DNA from: an uncultured Desulfosarcina sp.
Lineage (GTDB): Bacteria > Desulfobacterota > Desulfobacteria > Desulfobacterales > Desulfosarcinaceae
DNA: 64,000 bases
Direction: 5' to 3'
Assembly (NCBI GenBank): GCA_963674945.2
Contig: CAXXWQ010000004.1
Span: 1,184,001-1,248,000, forward strand
The translations under genes and the position numbers were made by a program. Numbering within the stretch: position 1 is the first letter of the stretch; each line of letters starts with the position of its first letter. This document shows, one piece after another, positions 29,326-36,835 of this stretch. Below the pieces are notes generated by a model. That model was not told the origin of the DNA and ran no database searches. It saw nothing but the letters and a program-made list of their open reading frames with translations.

Positions 29326-30924
29326 TTACCCGTTGGTTTTTCCCAAGATGTCCTTGACCAGTTTTACGGCCCCCACGGCATCGCGGGCATACCCCTGCGT
29401 TCCGATGGAAGCGGCGATCTGCGGGTTGACCGCTGCCCCGCCCACAATAATGGAAACCGGACGGACATCGGACCGGTTGAAGTTGTTGACAATCTCGACC
29501 AATTGCTTGCGGGCGCCGGTGATAAAAGCGGATAATCCTACCACAGGTGCCTCATAAGTGTTGACGGCCGCAAGAAAGTCCCCGGCCGGGACATTGACGC
29601 CCAGGTCAAGCACCTTTACACCATTGGTTTCCAGAATGATCCTGACCAGATTCTTGCCGATCTCGTGGAAATCCCCCTTGACCGTTCCGAGAATCACCTG
29701 GGGCGGCCGGTCTCCCGCGGCGCCCAGGTGCGGTTCCAATGTGCGGAATCCCTGGTAAAAGGCATCCACCATCAAAAGAATCTCCGGCAGGAAGGACTGC
29801 CGTGACTCATAACAGGCACTGCCTTTGCGCACCGCCCGCATCAGGGCTGAATTGACGATCATGAGAGGGTCTGTCTCTTCTTTCAGGGACGTTGAGACCA
29901 ACGCCGACACGGTTTCGCGTTTTCCCCGGTGGACCGCGTCGGACAGCCGGGAAAGGGTTTGGGCATGGGGCGTAAGTTCGGACAAGGCCCTTTTGCCCGT
30001 CTCAATGAAACGCACTACATTTGCAATGGGGGTTCCCGGCGGAAGGGCACAACCGGTGCTCAAGATAAAATTATCCTTTACGCCCATGGTGGCCACCAGG
30101 TCCTTCGTACTTGCCGCCACCTCTTCGGGCGGGGCCAGTTCGATGATCTCCACTGGATCGATATTGCCGACAATGCCCACCGATTTCGGAACAATGTCTT
30201 CATAGGCCAGAAGGTCCATACACTGATCAAAACTGATGGCCCGGACTCCGGTCTTGACCATGTCCTTGAGGATCTGTGAGGTGTCCCCACAGATATGAAG
30301 GACCGTGGGTTCCGTTGGATGGATGTCATAAAGACGGGCCAAAAATTCTCCTGCAAACCGCCAGAAGCTGTCGGGCGGCAGCAGGGCCGCCAGGGGGTCT
30401 GAAATCCAGAAGACCTCGGCCCCCGCGTCCAGAAGATAGCGGCCGTAATCCCGGGCGCAGGCCAGGCATTTTTCCATCAGATCAAGGACTTCTCCCGGCC
30501 TTTCCACAATTCCCCGAAGAAGTTCCTGTTCCCCGGCCAATTGCCCGGCCACGGTGAAGGGGCCGTACACCATGGTGGACAGGGTCCTGTCCGGAAACTC
30601 CTTTGCCATACGCTTCAGGACCTGGGCATTGACCGCCATCCTGGGAACCGTTGCAGGTGGGACAACATTAACGGAACTGCCGGGCATCTCCACGGACGGC
30701 ATGGCATCGGGTGAAAAACACACCTTCGCACCCATGGCCTCCGCCTGAATGGCGATATCGCTGAAGTAGAACAGGATATCGGCATCCACCTGCTGATAAT
30801 ACTTTTTTACGGCCTCAAATTTGATATCGGCATTCCAGGAAATGTCGTCGATCCCGGCCTCAACCATTTGAAAAGAGGGGAGCGCATTGATGGGAAACAC
30901 CTTGTTCCGTAAGGAATGTTCCAT
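29326..30924 (-). CDS. Fusion of UroD/MtaA-family methyltransferase and corrinoid-binding protein (CmuA-like architecture)
   Basis: EAMG, GPFT.A, LHICG and STGC Zn-site motifs; C-terminal GTVKGDFHEIGKNLV (DxHxxG), VGLS and VGGA; ATG 30924 with AAGGA RBS (532 aa). Confidence 0.85.
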   Translation of the reverse strand: MEHSLRNKVFPINALPSFQMVEAGIDDISWNADIKFEAVKKYYQQVDADILFYFSDIAIQAEAMGAKVCFSPDAMPSVEMPGSSVNVVPPATVPRMAVNAQVLKRMAKEFPDRTLSTMVYGPFTVAGQLAGEQELLRGIVERPGEVLDLMEKCLACARDYGRYLLDAGAEVFWISDPLAALLPPDSFWRFAGEFLARLYDIHPTEPTVLHICGDTSQILKDMVKTGVRAISFDQCMDLLAYEDIVPKSVGIVGNIDPVEIIELAPPEEVAASTKDLVATMGVKDNFILSTGCALPPGTPIANVVRFIETGKRALSELTPHAQTLSRLSDAVHRGKRETVSALVSTSLKEETDPLMIVNSALMRAVRKGSACYESRQSFLPEILLMVDAFYQGFRTLEPHLGAAGDRPPQVILGTVKGDFHEIGKNLVRIILETNGVKVLDLGVNVPAGDFLAAVNTYEAPVVGLSAFITGARKQLVEIVNNFNRSDVRPVSIIVGGAAVNPQIAASIGTQGYARDAVGAVKLVKDILGKTNG

Positions 30925-31224
30925 TTTTATCGATCCTTTTCGATGATGGCGAAGAGGCGGCGACGTCAGTCCCCCTTCGGTGTGACAGCCATTGTCTATG
31001 GACACGGCACATCGCCAGGGCACCATCACACCTGCGGCATCACCTTCCGAATCTTTAATGGAACGAGGTGGACCGGAACTTAATTAAAAGTGTTTAAAAG
31101 GATAAACTCGTTGAGGATATCAATTTCTCAGTCTGCCCTCCGTCTATCAACCCGGATAGCTCTTCGCATGTATTATCATGTAAAACCGAAAAATCGATAC
31201 ATCTTGGAAAACCTCTGAAAGGTC

Positions 31225-31277
31225 AAATCATATAATATGATTTTGGCACCATTAGTCCCGAAACGGATTCATGTCAA
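31225..31277 (-). promoter_or_regulatory. Putative sigma70 promoter with a perfect 19-bp palindromic operator over the start site
   Basis: TTGACA (31277-31272)-N17-TAATGG (31254-31249); AAATCATAT-A-ATATGATTT at 31225-31243. Confidence 0.55.
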
Positions 31278-31580
31278 GAAAAAATTTTACGCACTCATTC
31301 GGGGAAAATACCCATATGGTAAGATCAAAAACCTTCTGCATAGTTCGTTATATAGGATGTAGCTTTATCAGGCTGCTTTTTTTTGAAGAATTGAATTGCG
31401 AGAATTTGGTGAGAAGAAAAGTTTTTTCAACAGAATGCCAAACTGAGATATCATGCAATTGCCTGCTCCAAAAATCTTGAAGCACGCCAACATATTGAAG
31501 CCGGAGGAGATATCAACAATGATGGAATTACATACCATGCGGATTGAACAGCAACGCAGCGACAACTGATAAGACCGCTT

Positions 31581-32096
31581 CTATTGTTTCCGATTCTTCT
31601 GAATGGCACGACGCACTTTTTCCCGCTGGTCCGGCGTAAGCTGTTGCCAGCGCCGGTACTGACGCATGAGTTTTTGTCTTTGTGCCGGCGTTAGATTTTT
31701 TAACCTTTTGTTCAGCTGCCGTATACGCTCTTTCTCCTTTACCGGCAATCGTTGCCAGCGACTGTATTTCTCTCTTACGGCCGCTTTTTGCTTTTCATTC
31801 AAATTCGTAAAACGCTTGTAATTTTCCCTGATGCGACTGCGCTCGTCATCCGGAAGGGCTTTAAATGCCTTGACCTTCTCATGAAGTGCATTCCGTTGAT
31901 CCTCACTCAAAGACTCCCATTTCGAAAACCGTTGTCGTAGCTGTTCTTTTTCCTCCGGACTGAGCTTCTGCCAGCGTGAAGCGGCGTCCTCTTCGGATGA
32001 TTTGGCTTCGGTCGTCTGGGCAAATCCCATGGCCAGCCCCAGCAAAAGCGTGGCCAGAAAGAATAATATTGTCAGATTAGTTCGTGGCGTGTTCAT
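31581..32096 (-). CDS. DUF3106-like exported helical-repeat protein
   Basis: Signal peptide; repeated W/F..L(S/T/P)P.(Q/E)(R/K)..L units of about 18 aa. Confidence 0.8.
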   Translation of the reverse strand: MNTPRTNLTILFFLATLLLGLAMGFAQTTEAKSSEEDAASRWQKLSPEEKEQLRQRFSKWESLSEDQRNALHEKVKAFKALPDDERSRIRENYKRFTNLNEKQKAAVREKYSRWQRLPVKEKERIRQLNKRLKNLTPAQRQKLMRQYRRWQQLTPDQREKVRRAIQKNRKQ

Positions 32097-32310
32097 CGCG
32101 ATCGTCCTCGGTTAAATACTCCAGGTCTTTGATCATGTCCATTGTCTCGACCAAATCCCAATTCTCTAAGATTTCCATCACCTCGATGACTTTCATATCA
32201 GCCGGACTGGGAGGTGCCGCCTCTTTTTCCATTTCACTCCCTTCCCCCCATGCCGCGGCAGCGCTCAATGCAAACAAAAAGAGTAAAACCCATACGACGC
32301 GCCTTTCCAT
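32077..32310 (-). CDS. Small exported/membrane protein of the ECF operon
   Basis: ATG 32310 overlaps the anti-sigma stop; hydrophobic N-terminus; acidic MEILENWDLVETMDMIKDLEYL tail. Confidence 0.65.
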   Translation of the reverse strand: MERRVVWVLLFLFALSAAAAWGEGSEMEKEAAPPSPADMKVIEVMEILENWDLVETMDMIKDLEYLTEDDRDEHATN

Positions 32311-32789
32311 CAGGACCGCTCTTCCATGGCTTCCAGAATTTCCCATGATTCCAGAATATCCAGGTTGTGGATCACTTCAAAATCATCCAGAAGCTCGATA
32401 TTTTCGGCGATGAAAGCCTCTTCGGGTGTCGGGGATGACTGGTGTCCAACGGCAAAGATCGCAAAAACGGCCAGCCCTGCCATACCGCCTACCAGTATGG
32501 GCCGCCAACCGGAAAGCAGACAACGCCACCCCCCTCGGCGTCGTTTCCGGTCCTCCAGCAATTCCACCTTTTGCCAGAAGGTACGGTCGAAGCTTTCCGA
32601 CGGGTCCGCTTTCGGCAGCCGTCGCATGAAATCATCGGCCTGTTCGAGCCGCCGCAACCTTCGACGACACGCCGGGCAGTGTCGAAGATGACCGGTAACA
32701 TACGCGGCGTCTTCTGGTGAAAGCTCGCCGTCTATCATAAGGTCGAGCCAATACGGCTCCTTACAAGGATCGATTTCTTTCTTTTTCAA
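32310..32789 (-). CDS. Zinc-binding (ZAS, zf-HC2) anti-sigma factor
   Basis: DGEL, HLRHCPAC (Hx3Cx2C), one TM; overlaps the sigma gene. Confidence 0.88.
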   Translation of the reverse strand: MKKKEIDPCKEPYWLDLMIDGELSPEDAAYVTGHLRHCPACRRRLRRLEQADDFMRRLPKADPSESFDRTFWQKVELLEDRKRRRGGWRCLLSGWRPILVGGMAGLAVFAIFAVGHQSSPTPEEAFIAENIELLDDFEVIHNLDILESWEILEAMEERS

Positions 32790-33369
32790 AGTAGTCTCCC
32801 AGTATCTCTTTCAAACGTTTGCGGCCCCTGTGAATCAATGTTTTGACGTGGTTTTCCGACCGCTTGATCTGCACCGAGATCTCCCGATAGGAGAACTCCT
32901 CGTTGACACGAAGCAGAAGCGCCAACCGCTGTTGATCCGGCAACTGGCGGATGGCCCGTTGAACCAGTTGATGCCGCTCCAAAGACTCGTATAATCCGTC
33001 TGGTGCAGTACTTTCCGGCCTGGCGGCAATTTCCGGAACGGCCGTTTTTTTCTCCATATCCGGCAGAGGATCCATGGATTCGATCTTTTCCCGATAGACC
33101 GGTCTCCGAATCTCGTTTCGGCACACGTTGGCGGCAATGGTAAAGAGCCAAGTGGAAAAACGGGCATTGGGTCGATATCGGGGTGCCGCCGTGTAAACCC
33201 GCAAAAATGTTTCTTGTGCCAGCTCTTCTGCAACGGATCGGTCACCACAGAATCGAAGGCAAAAATTGATCACCCGATTTTTGTATTTGTCAAACAAATG
33301 CTGGAATGCCCGTTGGTCCCCCTTTTTGAAATCCAGCATCAATTGAATGTCAGGATCGTTTCGCATCAA
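32761..33369 (-). CDS. ECF RNA polymerase sigma factor
   Basis: GD..AF..L, AEELAQETF, FSTWLFTIA.N, LP..QR, SY.EI, VKTLIHRGR; start 33369 (TTG) or 33366 (ATG). Confidence 0.93.
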   Translation of the reverse strand: MMRNDPDIQLMLDFKKGDQRAFQHLFDKYKNRVINFCLRFCGDRSVAEELAQETFLRVYTAAPRYRPNARFSTWLFTIAANVCRNEIRRPVYREKIESMDPLPDMEKKTAVPEIAARPESTAPDGLYESLERHQLVQRAIRQLPDQQRLALLLRVNEEFSYREISVQIKRSENHVKTLIHRGRKRLKEILGDYFEKERNRSL

Positions 33370-33374
33370 TAAGG

Positions 33375-33402
33375 TAAACCCTGAATCCGTAAAAAAGTTT
33401 CA
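33375..33402 (-). promoter_or_regulatory. Putative ECF promoter TGAAAC-N15-GGGTTTA (autoregulatory, probably leaderless)
   Basis: Ends a few nt before the sigma start codon; matches the copy at 34826-34853. Confidence 0.7.
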
Positions 33403-33429
33403 CGACCTGCAATTTGGGCATTCATGGTG

Positions 33430-34698
33430 TTAAAAAGCCGCACTGATCCCGACGACCAATTGCGTCGCCGGGTCAATGGACTCATCGAGCAGCGACGCGA
33501 AGTAATCTCCATGCCAGAACCGGGCGAGTCGCGCATATAGGGTATAGGCTGAAAAAAGGGAATAGGAGACATCCAGATCCGCTTCCCAGCCATACCAGTT
33601 GCTATCGCCCGCCAGCCCTTTGTGGGCATAGAAGTTGGCGGCCGCTGCCTCGATGGTCAAATTTTTGGATATCACCCTGGTCATGGAAAGGCCGGGTGCA
33701 ATCACGCCCCCAAAGGTTCCGGCGCCGATGGTCAATTGGTATTCGCTGTCGTAATCGAAGAACTCGGGGTCGAAAAAGATGGCGGCTCTGGGATTGAAGG
33801 ATTGAACGGAAGTAAAAACCGTCAGGTCGCCGGAAACGGGTGTATCGTCTCCACTTGCGACCACGCAAAAGGCTTCCATCGACCATGTGCTCGACCAATT
33901 GATGCCGATGCCAAGATCTAAAAAATAGGCTGAAATATCGAACTCATTTGTACGAAATCGGTTTGCGGTGCGAACCTGCCCGAACTGGTAGGCACCGATC
34001 ATGGATAGAAAGGCCGGACCGATGAACAGGTTTGCGGTGGTCCCTACCCAGAAAAGATCACTCTCACTCTCTGCATCGAGCAGAATCTGCTGGATCAGGG
34101 GAAGGGATTGAATAAAATGGTCATCTTCTTCATGAAACCAGAGGCCGAAAAGGGATATGTGCTCAAAGAAACCGGGTTCGTATCCCAAGGTGACACCAAC
34201 CGTCGGCCATTGGTCCCATACCCGGGCCATGGTGAAATCCAGATAACCGTGGGCGCTGTCTGCGCGGATCTCTACTGCAGGGGCTTCATCGGTCAAAATC
34301 CGTCCATCTCCGAAATTCACCGGCAGAATGCCTGCAACCAACCGAAACCAGTTATTGGAGAAACTTGCATAGGCGGCGGCAAAGTCGAGATCGATACAAT
34401 CGTCAAAGACGTCATCGAAGTGATGCTCTACTGTGAAGTCCCCCAGTACAACGACATCCACATTGTCTGCAAGGGAAATGGAAAGCGAAGGGTAGATGCC
34501 GATCCAGTTAAAGGCGAGGTCTTTGGAAAAATACATCTCATCACCACTCTCCAGGACTCCCCGGTCCAGGTAACCGTTCTGTAAATAAAACGATTCGATA
34601 ATGTCGGCCCCCAGATGAATTTTCGGCGGATCGGCCGAAACGGGAAGGGCCAGGTGAATCGTACAATAGACGATCGTTAGGAGAAATAATCGACGCAT
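33430..34698 (-). CDS. Putative outer-membrane beta-barrel protein
   Basis: Signal peptide from ATG 34698 (MRRLFLL..PVSA); alternating amphipathic strands, ASGDD, YGWEADL; C-terminal Phe. Confidence 0.7.
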   Translation of the reverse strand: MRRLFLLTIVYCTIHLALPVSADPPKIHLGADIIESFYLQNGYLDRGVLESGDEMYFSKDLAFNWIGIYPSLSISLADNVDVVVLGDFTVEHHFDDVFDDCIDLDFAAAYASFSNNWFRLVAGILPVNFGDGRILTDEAPAVEIRADSAHGYLDFTMARVWDQWPTVGVTLGYEPGFFEHISLFGLWFHEEDDHFIQSLPLIQQILLDAESESDLFWVGTTANLFIGPAFLSMIGAYQFGQVRTANRFRTNEFDISAYFLDLGIGINWSSTWSMEAFCVVASGDDTPVSGDLTVFTSVQSFNPRAAIFFDPEFFDYDSEYQLTIGAGTFGGVIAPGLSMTRVISKNLTIEAAAANFYAHKGLAGDSNWYGWEADLDVSYSLFSAYTLYARLARFWHGDYFASLLDESIDPATQLVVGISAAF

Positions 34699-34825
34699 GC
34701 AATGAGAATCGCTGTGGGAAGGTTTCTTTTCCCGGGTATGGGCACAGGTAAAAAAGACGTCCAACATCCTTTGTGGAAAAATCGCCTTTTACTTCAATGA
34801 TTTCTTATCTTTTTTCCCATTCGTT

Positions 34826-34853
34826 TGCAACCTTTTCGACGACAAAGGGTTTA
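34826..34853 (+). promoter_or_regulatory. Putative ECF promoter TGCAAC-N15-GGGTTTA
   Basis: About 80 nt upstream of the lipoprotein ATG; same spacing and TTTT tract as 33375-33402. Confidence 0.7.
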
Positions 34854-34931
34854 AGCCGGTAATCGCGATGAAATTTGTTCGAAACAAAAAGAAAAAACAC
34901 GCAGTCAAAACTTAGGAAAACAGGGGGTATC

Positions 34932-36785
34932 ATGAAAACCATTCGGCAACGGTTTGAATTCTTTTCAATCATTTTGTTCTCACTTTTTTTGCTCTTCGGT
35001 TGCGGAGGAGGAAGCGACGCCACGGTCGGTGATGCCGATACCCAGACGGGAGAGGTGGCCATCAGTCTCACGGATGCGCCTGGAGATTTCTATTGCTATG
35101 CCGTGGACGTGACATCTGTGACCCTGACGAAAGCCGACGGCACGGAAATCTCCGTCCTTCCCCTTGCCACTCGCATCGATTTCTCACAATACACCGATAT
35201 GACAGAGTTTCTGACCATCGGAACGGTTCCGTCGGGCGTGTACGTGGCGGCTGCTCTCACCCTTGACTACGGCAATGCGGGCATCCAGGTGGAAGATGAT
35301 AATGGTGACACGGTTCCGGTAGATCAAATCGTCGACGGTGATGGCAACCCGGTTGGAGAGTTGACGATGACGGTGCAGTTGGAAAACCGGAGCCATTTGG
35401 CCGTTGTCGCCGGTGTTCCCGTTCACCTTCTGCTCGACTTCAATCTGGAAGTCACCAATCAGGTCAGCTTCGACGAGGGGATCCCGACCCTGACCGTAGA
35501 GCCGTTCCTCGTGGCCGATATCAATCGAACCGGAAACAAATTCCACCGCGTTCGGGGCCTTCTTGACGATGTTTCCATTGATGATGGTTCCTTCTCGGTT
35601 CTGCTCCGCCCTTTTTACGGGTCACTTTCAGGAAATCATCACCATTTCGGCATCCGATCGGTGGATACCGGTGCGGACACCCAATTCGAGGTTGACGGAA
35701 TCCAGTATACGGGTGAGGAAGGCCTCGCCGCCATGGCACAATTGAACTCCCTTTCTCCCGTGGTGGCATTGGGAGACCTTCGCTTCGATCCGTTGCGGTT
35801 CGAGGCGACCCAGGTCTATGCAGGGACGAGCGTCCCTGGCGGCGATATGGATGTGGTAGAGGGAAATGTCATCAGCCGGGAGGACGATCTTGTAACCATT
35901 AAAGGTGCCACCTTGTATCGTGCCGGCAGCAGCGTAATCTTCAGCGATCGGCTGACCGTTCAATTGGGCGACGAAACAATCGTCACGCACCAATTTTCCG
36001 CCGATACATTCGACATCGACGACATCTCCGTTGGCCAGCGGGTGGTCGTTTTCGGCCAATTGACCGAGACGGATCCCGAGGTGCTCTCTCTCGATGCCGA
36101 TCCGGGTTTCGTACGGATGCAGATCACCACGGTCTGTGGCCGTTTGAACGCGGTAAATCCATCGGATCCCATCGCCCAATTGTCCGTGGACTTACACGCG
36201 ATCAGTCATCTTCCGGCGACCACCTTCGATTTTACCGGTACCGGCAGTGATCCGGCAGACGATGCCGATCCATCCGATTATCAAATCGATACATCCGGTA
36301 TGGACTTGACTTCGTTTAATGTGGACGCCCCGGTCAAGGTGCGGGGATTTGTCCAACCTTTCGGTCAGGCACCGGCCGACTTTGCCGCACAGACCATCAT
36401 CGGCATTGCGGATGTTCGCGCCTTGATGCGCATCAACTGGCGGCTGCCCGCACAAACCCAATTCAGGGCCATCACGGCTGCAGGTCTCGTGCTCGATCTT
36501 TCGGAGACGGGCAGGTTTCATCACCTGGTTCGCAACCGGTTCGTCGCTGATTTGACCACATATGGCCAACCGATCAACATTTTCCCCCAGGACAATAATA
36601 CCGGGACGTTCGTCATCCGTCTCAAAGGCGCCGTTCAGGTTTATATCTCCTTCGACGAATTTCGGCATGCCCTGGAAGGTTACGTGGAAGATGGTGCAAT
36701 TGCCGCTAAAATGGGGGCGGTGGGCACTTTCGATGACGCGACGGCGACACTGACCGCCGATCGGATCGAAATCTGCCTGAAATAG
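34932..36785 (+). CDS. Large acidic beta-rich lipoprotein (DUF4382-like)
   Basis: Lipobox LFGC-GGG, V.ISLTDAPG, P.G.Y, LLLDFNL; ATG 34932 with GGGGG RBS. Confidence 0.75.
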   Translation: MKTIRQRFEFFSIILFSLFLLFGCGGGSDATVGDADTQTGEVAISLTDAPGDFYCYAVDVTSVTLTKADGTEISVLPLATRIDFSQYTDMTEFLTIGTVPSGVYVAAALTLDYGNAGIQVEDDNGDTVPVDQIVDGDGNPVGELTMTVQLENRSHLAVVAGVPVHLLLDFNLEVTNQVSFDEGIPTLTVEPFLVADINRTGNKFHRVRGLLDDVSIDDGSFSVLLRPFYGSLSGNHHHFGIRSVDTGADTQFEVDGIQYTGEEGLAAMAQLNSLSPVVALGDLRFDPLRFEATQVYAGTSVPGGDMDVVEGNVISREDDLVTIKGATLYRAGSSVIFSDRLTVQLGDETIVTHQFSADTFDIDDISVGQRVVVFGQLTETDPEVLSLDADPGFVRMQITTVCGRLNAVNPSDPIAQLSVDLHAISHLPATTFDFTGTGSDPADDADPSDYQIDTSGMDLTSFNVDAPVKVRGFVQPFGQAPADFAAQTIIGIADVRALMRINWRLPAQTQFRAITAAGLVLDLSETGRFHHLVRNRFVADLTTYGQPINIFPQDNNTGTFVIRLKGAVQVYISFDEFRHALEGYVEDGAIAAKMGAVGTFDDATATLTADRIEICLK

Positions 36786-36835
36786 GGTAAATCCAACGTG
36801 CAGCCATTCGGCCCAAGACGGGCCGTGTGGCTGCA

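Noticed and set aside
31125..31165. SAM-I riboswitch-like words (CTATCC...GGAGGG) in the methyltransferase leader
   Set aside because: The ATCNAGAG, GCAACC and GTGC core elements are missing.
31271..31565. Short ORFs in the AT-rich gap between the Nfl cluster and the ECF module
   Set aside because: No RBS, motif or coding-like composition; more likely promoter or junction sequence.
31581..32000. Repetitive DNA that might be a CRISPR or tandem array
   Set aside because: The periodicity is at protein level (helical repeats); no identical nucleotide repeats with spacers were seen anywhere in the window.
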